Notes under the pieces: generated by a model
What the model was told of the DNA's origin: nothing
Database searches by the model: none
The model's input: only the letters and a program-made list of their open reading frames with translations
Shown here: positions 44,745 through 53,528 of the stretch, piece by piece
How the letters are laid out: each line of letters opens with the position of its first letter
Position numbering within the stretch: the first letter of the stretch is position 1
Virus record (IMG/VR): IMGVR_UViG_3300012952_004103
Location: 1-55,965 of that record
DNA: 55,965 nt
Strand: one strand, 5' to 3'
Source: a virus
Taxonomy: Duplodnaviria > Caudoviricetes
Program-made: the position numbers and the translations under genes

Positions 44745-44778
44745 CTGAACATTTAGATTTGGTTCGTTATACTATAAT

Positions 44779-45642
44779 ATGACGAATTTTCCAACCAACA
44801 AAGGGCACATTTCCTATTCTGAAGTACGGAACTGGAAAGAGTGCCCTTTTCGCCATAAGCTTCTGTATATCGATAAGTTGCAGACTTTTGATGAGTCGCC
44901 TTATTTAGATTACGGTACAATTGTACATGAGGCTTGTGAACATTTCCTTAAGACCCGTGAGCTTATATTAGATGAGACTGAAGCTGCATTAAGAGCAGCC
45001 TGGGAAGAGAAGGGGTTTGACTCAAAAGAATTTATTGATGGCATGGTTGCACGTTCGTCTGCACAAGGTTGGAAGTACCGCCACAACAAGATTGATGACT
45101 GGGTTGACTGGGCTAAGAATTGTATTAAAGATCTCCCAGACTTTATGGAAAAAGAATTTCCAGGTTGGGAGACTGTAGCGGCGGAATATCCTTTGATGGA
45201 AGCTGTGTATCGTGATGACACGATGACATATAAGGGATATATTGATGCTATTATTAAGTGCCGCGACAAGAGAGGCAATCTCAAATGTTACATCATCGAT
45301 TGGAAAACAGCTAATTCTAGAGGCTGGAACTCAGATAAGAGGCGCAGCTTTTTAACTCAAGCGCAGATTGCTCTATATAAAAATTACTGGAGTCGTAAGC
45401 TTAACGTTGATCCTAAAGATGTATATTGTGGATTCGTTTTACTTAAGCGCGGCGCTAAACCAGGTAAGACGTGTGAATTTATAAAAGTTTCAGTCGGCCC
45501 GAAAACACAGGAAAAGGCTGATAAGTTAGTAAGTAGCATGATTTCCACAGTTCGGCGAGGGTTTTTTCCGAAGAATCGTGGTGATGCATGCAAGTTTTGC
45601 GATTTCAAAAATACACCGCATTGTCCCGGTGACGAACTTTAA
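44779..45642 (+). CDS. PD-(D/E)XK nuclease, Cas4/AddB-like with four Cys
   Basis: SYS...CPF, G..VH, E...GYIDA...IDWKT, Q..LY and C-terminal CKFC.....C. Confidence 0.85.
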   Translation: MTNFPTNKGHISYSEVRNWKECPFRHKLLYIDKLQTFDESPYLDYGTIVHEACEHFLKTRELILDETEAALRAAWEEKGFDSKEFIDGMVARSSAQGWKYRHNKIDDWVDWAKNCIKDLPDFMEKEFPGWETVAAEYPLMEAVYRDDTMTYKGYIDAIIKCRDKRGNLKCYIIDWKTANSRGWNSDKRRSFLTQAQIALYKNYWSRKLNVDPKDVYCGFVLLKRGAKPGKTCEFIKVSVGPKTQEKADKLVSSMISTVRRGFFPKNRGDACKFCDFKNTPHCPGDEL

Positions 45643-45651
45643 GAGGAAAAA

Positions 45652-46518
45652 ATGAATAAAAAGACAATTGGAATTATTGGTCAGGGGTTTGTTGGCTCAG
45701 CCATTCGTGAAGGAATGAGTCATGCATTTAATGTTGAGACATGTGATATTGATCCAGCAAAGAATTCTACATGTGAATCGATTTCAGAGCTAGTTGACAG
45801 AGTTGATGAAGTGGTCTTTGTATGCCTACCCACACCTATGAAAAAGAATGGGCGATGTGATACGAGGATTGTTGAAGACGCAATCTCAGAGATTAATGAT
45901 GCAAATCGCCGGCTTAATAAAAATGCTATAGCAGTTATTAAATCTACGATCGAGCCTGGTACAACTGATCGGTTAAATGATCGCTACTCGAACGTAACTA
46001 TTATTTTCAACCCAGAGTTTTTGACTGAAGCTAATAGTTTTGAAGATTTTAAGAACCAAAACCGTATTATCATCGGTGGGCCGCGACCGGCATCAACGAA
46101 GGTTAAGACAATGTACAGGCGTGCATTTCCAAAGGTACCGATTATTAAGACCGGTGCCAATGTTGCAGAGACAGTGAAGTATTTTATTAACTGCTTCTTG
46201 GCAACTAAGGTTTCGTTTGCAAATGAGATGAAACAAGTTTGTGACGGGATGGATATTGATTTTGACAAGGTGGTAGAGTATGCACTATATGACGAACGTA
46301 TTGGCAAGTCCCATTTATCAGTACCTGGTCCTGACGGAAGCATGGGCTTTGGCGGTCATTGCTTTCCTAAGGATCTAAATGCTATTAGATTCGTTGCTCA
46401 GGACCTAAGCATTGAACCCACTGTATTGACTGCTGTATGGCAAAAAAATATGGAAGTCCGGCCCCAGGCTGAACGTGATTGGGAGAACATGGTTGGTAGA
46501 GCTGTATCCGAGGATTAG
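45652..46518 (+). CDS. UDP-glucose/GDP-mannose dehydrogenase family, short form lacking the C-terminal domain
   Basis: GQGFVG, VCLPTP, IKSTIEPG, FNPEFL, AE.VKY..N.FLA.KV and GFGGHCFPKD. Only 288 aa. Confidence 0.9.
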   Translation: MNKKTIGIIGQGFVGSAIREGMSHAFNVETCDIDPAKNSTCESISELVDRVDEVVFVCLPTPMKKNGRCDTRIVEDAISEINDANRRLNKNAIAVIKSTIEPGTTDRLNDRYSNVTIIFNPEFLTEANSFEDFKNQNRIIIGGPRPASTKVKTMYRRAFPKVPIIKTGANVAETVKYFINCFLATKVSFANEMKQVCDGMDIDFDKVVEYALYDERIGKSHLSVPGPDGSMGFGGHCFPKDLNAIRFVAQDLSIEPTVLTAVWQKNMEVRPQAERDWENMVGRAVSED

Positions 46519-46561
46519 TTTATATTATCGGAGGTAACTATACAATATATCATGAATGTGA

Positions 46562-47815
46562 GTGTGTATCTTGAAGAAAAAGAAAGTATTAGTTTTATCT
46601 GATCATGCTTTAAGCACCAGCGGGGTAGGGGTTCAAACACGCCACCTGATTAATGGTCTCCTTAAAAAGAATGAGTGGACTTTCCGGCAGTTTGGTGCTG
46701 CTATGAAGCATGATAATTATGACACCGTCCAGGTTAATGAAGACTTTATCATCCGCCCTATTGATGGGTTTGGCAACCCTGAATTACTTAGAGTAACTTT
46801 AGCGACAGAGAAGCCTGACCTCCTTCTTTTATTTACTGATCCCCGTTTCTTCATCTGGGCCTGGGAAATGGAAGATGAAATACACCAAGTATGTCCTATC
46901 GCGTATTGGCATGTCTGGGATAATAGACCAACACCAGAGTTTAACAAAGTATTGTATGAATCAACCGACCTGGTGAATTGTCACTCTTATTTGACATATG
47001 AGATGTGTAAAGAGTTAGTACCTAATAAAGCAAATTTTATTCCTCATGCATTACCAGGTGATGTATACCGGCCCTTGCCGGCTTCTGAAGTTGCAAAATT
47101 TAAGAAGCAAGTCCTTGGGCAGAACCGTACGGATCATTTTGTGGTTTTCTGGATGAATAGAAATGCTAGAAGAAAACGTGCCGGTGATCTTTTATGGGCA
47201 TGGAAAGAGTTTATGGACCGGCTTGAGTCTAAACATGGCACTAACAAAGCTTCTTTATTGTTGCATACAGATCCAGTTGACCGCGAAGGTCAGAACCTTT
47301 ATGAGGTTGCTGATATGTTGGGAATTCGAGACAGTGTTGTTTTCTCTAAAGATAGATTAGACTTTGAGCAAATTAATATATTACACAACATCTCAGATAC
47401 ATGTATTAATGTAAGCTACGCAGAGGGCTTTGGATTGACAACCCTAGAAGCTATGCAGGTTGGTAAGCCGATTATAGCTGTTAAGACGGGTGGTCTAACA
47501 AGGCAAGTCGTTGATCACCGTAATGGTACGGAGAATGGTATCGGATTAGATGTAGAGTTAACAACCCTAGTAGGTAGTCAACAGGTACCGTACATATATG
47601 AAGATTTAGTTTCTCATGCTAGTATTGCTGATGCTATAGAGAAAATGTATGAGATGGGTCCGGATAGCAGGAAAAATCTTGGCAAAAAAGCCAAAGATTA
47701 TGTTGACTCAGAATTTAATTACCAGGATACCATTGACATGTGGCATGACACGATGAATGATACGATATCAAACTGGAAGAGTCGATACCAGCCATGGACA
47801 TGTAAGACACTATAG
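46562..47815 (+). CDS. Glycosyltransferase family 4 (GT-B)
   Basis: SDH....SGVG, NRNARRKR and EGFGLTTLEAM..GKPII. Confidence 0.9.
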   Translation: MCILKKKKVLVLSDHALSTSGVGVQTRHLINGLLKKNEWTFRQFGAAMKHDNYDTVQVNEDFIIRPIDGFGNPELLRVTLATEKPDLLLLFTDPRFFIWAWEMEDEIHQVCPIAYWHVWDNRPTPEFNKVLYESTDLVNCHSYLTYEMCKELVPNKANFIPHALPGDVYRPLPASEVAKFKKQVLGQNRTDHFVVFWMNRNARRKRAGDLLWAWKEFMDRLESKHGTNKASLLLHTDPVDREGQNLYEVADMLGIRDSVVFSKDRLDFEQINILHNISDTCINVSYAEGFGLTTLEAMQVGKPIIAVKTGGLTRQVVDHRNGTENGIGLDVELTTLVGSQQVPYIYEDLVSHASIADAIEKMYEMGPDSRKNLGKKAKDYVDSEFNYQDTIDMWHDTMNDTISNWKSRYQPWTCKTL

Positions 47816-47825
47816 GGATTAATTA

Positions 47826-48974
47826 ATGAAAACAGTAGTAATTAGAGCTCCTCTTTTAAGTTATTCAGGGTACGGTACTCATTCACGACAGATTTTTAAG
47901 TGGCTGCTAACACAGGATGTTAATGTCATAACTCAAGTGGTACCATGGGGAATGACCAGCTGGATGATTAATCCAGAGTATGAGGATGGCTTAGTTGGTG
48001 AGATTATGGAACGCTCAAAGCCCCTTAAAGGCAAGCCTGATGTATCAATTCAGGTTCAACTACCTAATGAGTGGGATCCTTCTCTAGCAAAAAGAAACGT
48101 AGGTGTTTCTGCATTTATCGAAACTGATCAGTGCAACCCAAAGTGGATCTTAAACTGTAATCAAATGGACATGATTGTTGTTCCATCTGAGCATGTACGA
48201 GCATGTATACAGAATACCGGAAGTGTAAGCCCGCCGGTTCATGTTGTTCCAGAGTCATATTATGATTCAATTCCATCCAAGGAAGAGCTCAACCTACCCC
48301 TTGATACTAAATTTAATTTTTTGCTTTTTGGCCAGATAACCGGCAGCAATCCCCACAATGATAGGAAAAACACATTTAATACTATCAAGTGGCTTTGCGA
48401 AGAGTTCAAAGATAATCCAGATGTAGGCATCGTAATTAAAACAAATTCCGGAAAAAACACAAAAATTGACAAAGTTGTTACGGAGAAGCTTTTAAGATCT
48501 TTATTAAGAGAAGTTCGTCCTGGGGATTATCCAAAAGTACATCTGTTACATGGCAGCTTTACTCAGGATGAAATTGCATCACTATATAAGAATAAAAATA
48601 TTCAGGCGCTGGTTTCTCTAACCAGGGGTGAAGGATTTGGGTTACCTCTTTTGGAGGCTGCTGCATCCGGATTGCCTATTATTGCAACTAACTGGTCTGG
48701 GCATTTAGATTTTCTCAACAGGGGGAAATTCATTAAGGTGGGCTATAGCCTACAAGAAATTCATAAATCGAGAGTTGACGGTCGGTTATTCCTTCCGGGT
48801 ATGAAATGGGCTGAGCCAGTTGAAAAAGATGCCAAGGCTAGATTTCGTAAGTTTTATGAGTCTAATGATATTCCGAATACATGGGCAAGAGATTTAAGTA
48901 TAGTATTACAGGAAGAATATTCTCAAGATGCAATTTGCAGAAGGTACGATGAAGTATTTAGTGGGTTAATTTAG
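47826..48974 (+). CDS. Glycosyltransferase family 4 (GT-B)
   Basis: SGYG, RKN and GEGFGLPLLEAAASGLPII. Confidence 0.9.
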   Translation: MKTVVIRAPLLSYSGYGTHSRQIFKWLLTQDVNVITQVVPWGMTSWMINPEYEDGLVGEIMERSKPLKGKPDVSIQVQLPNEWDPSLAKRNVGVSAFIETDQCNPKWILNCNQMDMIVVPSEHVRACIQNTGSVSPPVHVVPESYYDSIPSKEELNLPLDTKFNFLLFGQITGSNPHNDRKNTFNTIKWLCEEFKDNPDVGIVIKTNSGKNTKIDKVVTEKLLRSLLREVRPGDYPKVHLLHGSFTQDEIASLYKNKNIQALVSLTRGEGFGLPLLEAAASGLPIIATNWSGHLDFLNRGKFIKVGYSLQEIHKSRVDGRLFLPGMKWAEPVEKDAKARFRKFYESNDIPNTWARDLSIVLQEEYSQDAICRRYDEVFSGLI

Positions 48975-48976
48975 AT

Positions 48977-49300
48977 ATGGAATTATGGATTCTAGGGTCG
49001 ATAGCAGCAGTGCAATTTGTATTGCTCGCTGCATCAATATATTACAACGTCAAATTTGGTATTAAAATACTAAATATGCAAGATTCTATAGAGGAAGCGT
49101 TGGATATATTAGATGAAAGGGAAGAATCCATAGGAAAAGTTTTAGAAATACCTCTTTTTTATAATAGTCCTGAAATTAAACGGGTACATCATGATATTAG
49201 GCGGACTAAATACGCAATGCTACGTGTTGCAAATACTTTGGTGGATTCGGTTAACGAACAAGATTCTGATATAGAGGCTGACGATGCAGAAGAAGGATAG
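48977..49300 (+). CDS. Hypothetical protein with N-terminal TM helix
   Basis: Hydrophobic N-terminus and acidic tail. Confidence 0.65.
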   Translation: MELWILGSIAAVQFVLLAASIYYNVKFGIKILNMQDSIEEALDILDEREESIGKVLEIPLFYNSPEIKRVHHDIRRTKYAMLRVANTLVDSVNEQDSDIEADDAEEG

Positions 49301-49305
49301 AAAAG

Positions 49306-50043
49306 TTGACCAAACCAAAACGAAAAAGAATTATTCGGCGTCGAAAGTCAGGTAGTAAAAATTATTTTAATTTAGAAACCCAAGACGCGATTATACAATA
49401 TCAGAACTCAGATTGCCTCGAGGAAAAGAATAAACTTTATTTAGAGAAAATTCTTCCTGCATTTGAGAAACTAGCACAAAACCTGATTTTTATTTATGGG
49501 TTCATCTCACCTGGTGAACCATATGAACACTTAAAGAATGACTGTGTGTCTTTTTTATTCGAGACGATTCATAAATGGAATCCGGATAAAGGGACAAAGG
49601 CATTTTCATATTTTAATGTTGTTGCAAAAAACTGGTTAATCATTAATTCTCGCCGGCGCATCAAGAGTGAACGGCGGCATGTTAGTGTAGATCATCAGGA
49701 AGGAATGTCTAGACGTGATAAGCAAACTTATGCTTCTCATGATGTAATATTGCCCCCTGATGAAGAGATGATAAAAGCAAACTTTCGAAATGAAATTATG
49801 GAAGTACTTGCGGAGATTAAAGGAAGGGTCAGCGGGGAGAATGAGAAGAAATGTATTGATGCTGTGATTACCGTTTTCGAAACAGTGGATCAATTAGACT
49901 TCTTAAATAAAAGAGCAATCTTTGTATATGTTAGAGATATATCAGGTTTGTCCCCCAAGCAATTATCAGTTGCTATGTCGATTATTCGAAAACACTATCG
50001 TTCTTTAGTCAGAGGCCCTGATAAGAAATTTGATATATTCTAG
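49306..50043 (+). CDS. Phage sigma factor, T4 gp55-like (putative late sigma)
   Basis: NYF...AII.Y and KWNPDKGTKAFSYFNVVAKN resemble sigma region 2 of gp55-like proteins. Located just before baseplate genes. Confidence 0.65.
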   Translation: MTKPKRKRIIRRRKSGSKNYFNLETQDAIIQYQNSDCLEEKNKLYLEKILPAFEKLAQNLIFIYGFISPGEPYEHLKNDCVSFLFETIHKWNPDKGTKAFSYFNVVAKNWLIINSRRRIKSERRHVSVDHQEGMSRRDKQTYASHDVILPPDEEMIKANFRNEIMEVLAEIKGRVSGENEKKCIDAVITVFETVDQLDFLNKRAIFVYVRDISGLSPKQLSVAMSIIRKHYRSLVRGPDKKFDIF

Positions 50044-50051
50044 AGGTAAAA

Positions 50052-50417
50052 ATGAGTACAGTCGAGAAAATGATTGACAAAGTTGATAAGTCGGAAGATA
50101 AAATAAAGCAGTTTTCTGATCTCTTGAATTCAATTGAAAAGTCAGATGACAAAAAAAAGCTTTTATGGAAAGAGATATATGAGAATGCACTTTCTGATAG
50201 GGCTCAAGCCCAGCTATTGCTGGATGAAGCAAAGTCAGAGATGATGGGTGGTGCTTATGAACACTCTACAATGGGCCCGACATTGTCAAAATATCTAGAA
50301 CGTATGAGTAAATCAAACGAGCAAATTTTGAAGTTAGCTGAACTTATAAGTAAGGCAGAAGAAAGGTCTGAGCGAATTGATCCGGATGATTTATTTTCTC
50401 AGATTAACGAGGGGTAA
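50052..50417 (+). CDS. Hypothetical helical protein
   Basis: GAGGT SD, tiles the operon. Confidence 0.7.
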   Translation: MSTVEKMIDKVDKSEDKIKQFSDLLNSIEKSDDKKKLLWKEIYENALSDRAQAQLLLDEAKSEMMGGAYEHSTMGPTLSKYLERMSKSNEQILKLAELISKAEERSERIDPDDLFSQINEG

Positions 50418-50419
50418 TA

Positions 50420-52078
50420 ATGGCTGTTGATCCGGTTGGAAAACTGTCAGGAGAAAGCAAAGAGTCTAATGCTAGTGCTATAGCAAAACAAGCGGCAGAG
50501 GCACCTGGTGCACCATCATTATATCGTGGCGTCGTTATTGATGTAATTCATGATCCTGCTATTCTTGATCAAGAGCAACATGATGAATTAGGTACTACAT
50601 GTAAAGATGCGTCTTTATTAGAGGTAGCGCCACGCAATTCATGCATTGTACAAATCGTCACTGCCGGCCAGGGCTCTAGAGAAGATGCTGCATACATGGT
50701 TTGTTTTCCGTTCTTCCCCCCTTATCTCGGTATGCCAGTTAAACCTGGAGAACATGTTTGGGTTTTTGTAGAGGATAACGAACGTGGCCCGTCTGCATCA
50801 TTAGGATATTGGATTTGTAGAATATCAGAGCCTGATTATGTTGATGATATTAATTTCACACATTCGGATAGGGGGTACAGTGCCCTAACATCAGTTCCTG
50901 AGGAAAGGGAAGTAGAACCCCCAGCCGACGACGATCGAGGCGCGGGGTTCCCTAATGGGGGCGGTATACCTGGAAAAATGAGATTACGGAATGAAGGAAA
51001 GTATGATCAGATATATTCTGGTTCATTAGGTATGCAATCAGTTACTCTAGAGCCAGTGCCTCGCTGGACCAAACGGCCAGGTGACCTTGTCTTACAGGGT
51101 TCAAATAATACTATGATATCCCTTGGTGAAGATAGAGGGTATACGTCGAAAGCGTTAGAGGAAGGTTGGAGCGACGGGCCGCCACAGTGGTCTAATGCAA
51201 CAACAACCGGTGCTTCTTTAGCTCAACTAAATTTTGATACACCCCCTGAAGACGGTGCAGCAGACAAGAATGAAAGAACATTCTCTGGAACTATTGACAT
51301 GGTCGCCGGCCGGGGCAGGTATCTTCCTGATCCAGATTCTCCTGCAGAATTAACGGCATGTAGGGTCATAACAAACTCGAGAAATTATGATGAAACCGAT
51401 AAGAATGCTGTTGGTGCTGGGAATGATGCAGATAATGTACAAAATAGACTAACAGATGCATCAGAGGGTGATCCGGATTTTTTTAATGATGCATCCCGAA
51501 TTTATATTTCAATGAATACGCTACCTGACTTTAATTTTAGTTTAGAGTATCCCCAGGTTCCACCCGCAGGGGATCCTAATGATGGTGCTGATATTGAAAT
51601 TTTGGAAGAGTTTGCTGAAGGTATAGGTCAGGCTGCAATTATTGCAAAGTCCGATGAGGTTCGAATTATTGCTAGACAGGATCTTGAAGCCCCAGACGGC
51701 CCTATCCAGGGCTCTATTACGATTGTTAAAGAAGGTACTGCAGATGATGAAGCGGGTGAGGGACGAGGGATTATTACAATTCGTCCGGACGGCGTCATTA
51801 TGATTGACGGCCCGAAGGTAGTTATAGGCTCTGGAATTGAAAAAGGCCCAGGCGAAGGTGCTCAAGTTTCTCTCGGTTTAGGTGCTACCGAACCGATGCT
51901 TTTAGGGGATTTATTTATTACGGCTATTCATAACTTTGCCAATAATCTAGCTACAACAGTTGAAACGTCCATCTCAAATCTGGGTGCACCGACGCTCATG
52001 CCCCCGTTACGAGGTCATATTGCAACTCTTAAACAGGAGATGGATGATGCCCGCTCTAAAGTAGCAAAGTTATTATAG
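50420..52078 (+). CDS. Baseplate central spike/hub protein (gp5/gpV-like N-terminal OB fold), putative
   Basis: RGVVIDV...PFFP...PVKPGEHVWV...YW and GDLVLQGSNN..I.LG. Lies upstream of gp25- and gp6-like genes. Confidence 0.6.
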   Translation: MAVDPVGKLSGESKESNASAIAKQAAEAPGAPSLYRGVVIDVIHDPAILDQEQHDELGTTCKDASLLEVAPRNSCIVQIVTAGQGSREDAAYMVCFPFFPPYLGMPVKPGEHVWVFVEDNERGPSASLGYWICRISEPDYVDDINFTHSDRGYSALTSVPEEREVEPPADDDRGAGFPNGGGIPGKMRLRNEGKYDQIYSGSLGMQSVTLEPVPRWTKRPGDLVLQGSNNTMISLGEDRGYTSKALEEGWSDGPPQWSNATTTGASLAQLNFDTPPEDGAADKNERTFSGTIDMVAGRGRYLPDPDSPAELTACRVITNSRNYDETDKNAVGAGNDADNVQNRLTDASEGDPDFFNDASRIYISMNTLPDFNFSLEYPQVPPAGDPNDGADIEILEEFAEGIGQAAIIAKSDEVRIIARQDLEAPDGPIQGSITIVKEGTADDEAGEGRGIITIRPDGVIMIDGPKVVIGSGIEKGPGEGAQVSLGLGATEPMLLGDLFITAIHNFANNLATTVETSISNLGAPTLMPPLRGHIATLKQEMDDARSKVAKLL

Positions 52079-52087
52079 GAGTAAAAA

Positions 52088-52942
52088 ATGTCAGTACCTG
52101 GTGCAGTAGCAGATCCTTTTAATGCAGCAATAGCTGTAGCTACGGCATGCATGCCCCTTGAGTGCCCGCCACCCCAGCCGGAAGAGTCTGCAGATGCTGA
52201 GGGTGTATATGAACCTTTTGGGATATGTAACCTAATGCTTAAGCTAGCCTTAGGTTCAATCGCTCCATTTTTACCGATGCTAAATATTGTTTTAGACATC
52301 GATATCCCTGGGTTTCTAGAGCTACCAGGTCTAGCAGTCGAGCTTCCTGCATTACCGTTTAAGTTAATTGCACCAGGCCTTCCGCCAATTCCAATACCTG
52401 ATATCGGCATAATAGGGGACTTAGATATGCCAGAACTGCCAGCATTGGGTGCATTGATCTTTGGATTATTATCTCTGCCGATTGATTTTGCTATTGGGCT
52501 TCTAGAGTTTAAGATTCCAGATCTATCTTTTGATGGATTACTTGATTTAGTGCTTCCTGCAATCGCATTAGCACTTGATATTCCAGCATTAATGCTTCCA
52601 ACATTAGGGCTCTTAGATTTAGCTATCTGCTTTATCGGTCTTTTAATATTACCAATAATGCTTATTTTTATGTTCATGGGCCCAATGCTTGATGCACTTA
52701 AGGCTGCAGGTGAGGATGTGCCTGATGTTCCTACTGAGGAAGAGATCAAGGCTATGGCTGGTGACTTAACAGACGAAGAAAAGCGTGCTAAGGCTGAAGA
52801 AGCCCTGAACCGATTAGCGGCAAAAGAGGCAGCAGAAGAAAAAGCTGCAAGACAAGCAGCTGCGGACGCCGAGTCTCGTGCAGGAATAAAAAAGAGGCAT
52901 GCAGGTTGGAAGCCCGGCCTTGGCGATGATTTCTATGGTTAA
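52088..52942 (+). CDS. Pro/Leu-rich hydrophobic protein with charged C-terminal helix
   Basis: AGGAG SD, repeated (L/I)P motifs, located in the baseplate cluster. Confidence 0.65.
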   Translation: MSVPGAVADPFNAAIAVATACMPLECPPPQPEESADAEGVYEPFGICNLMLKLALGSIAPFLPMLNIVLDIDIPGFLELPGLAVELPALPFKLIAPGLPPIPIPDIGIIGDLDMPELPALGALIFGLLSLPIDFAIGLLEFKIPDLSFDGLLDLVLPAIALALDIPALMLPTLGLLDLAICFIGLLILPIMLIFMFMGPMLDALKAAGEDVPDVPTEEEIKAMAGDLTDEEKRAKAEEALNRLAAKEAAEEKAARQAAADAESRAGIKKRHAGWKPGLGDDFYG

Positions 52943-53006
52943 GAATTAACGTATATTCTCGCCAAGATGATAATTAGTTACTAGATAACTTTTAAAGGGT
53001 AGATGT

Positions 53007-53522
53007 ATGTCCGACAACAATAGTTGCAATATTCAAAACCAATCCTCCAGGATATATGACTTTAGGTCTGTCGGCATTAAAGATGAGTTCTATCAAGAGA
53101 ACAAGCGAAGGTGGGATGACAATGAAATTCCGATTGGAATTAAGACACCCTTAGAAATTGGTGATGGGGCAGACGGCCTCTTGAGGATGCACAAGAATTT
53201 AGCCGATCAAATCCATGATAACTTTAGAAATTTAATTCTGACAAATCATGGTGACCGATTGGGGTTTTATGATTTTGGTGCAAACTTAAGTGAGCTTACT
53301 CATGAAATCGGCTCTGAGGATGGTGATAAAGAGGCAATCCGTAGAATAGCTAAGGCAGCTAGAAAATATGCACCTTTTATTTCCTTGAAGACATTCGAGA
53401 CTTTCACTGACCATCGTGAAAATGAACATACAGGAAAGTTAGGCATCAGAATTATTTACGACATTCCCAAAATAGCAGTTAAAGACAAAGCAATCGAAGT
53501 AATATTGTATTCGACAGGATAA
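53007..53522 (+). CDS. Baseplate wedge protein, gp25-like
   Basis: DQIHDNFRNLILTNHGDR....DFGANL and KYAPFI. Confidence 0.85.
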   Translation: MSDNNSCNIQNQSSRIYDFRSVGIKDEFYQENKRRWDDNEIPIGIKTPLEIGDGADGLLRMHKNLADQIHDNFRNLILTNHGDRLGFYDFGANLSELTHEIGSEDGDKEAIRRIAKAARKYAPFISLKTFETFTDHRENEHTGKLGIRIIYDIPKIAVKDKAIEVILYSTG

Positions 53523-53528
53523 TAACTA

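Noticed and set aside
44779-45642. CRISPR-Cas locus suggested by the Cas4-like gene
   Set aside because: No repeat-spacer array or other cas genes were seen.
52015-52749. Long antisense ORF (244 aa) and the many other shadow ORFs inside large genes
   Set aside because: They lie opposite or within well-supported genes, lack motifs, and are explained by codon bias of the sense strand.
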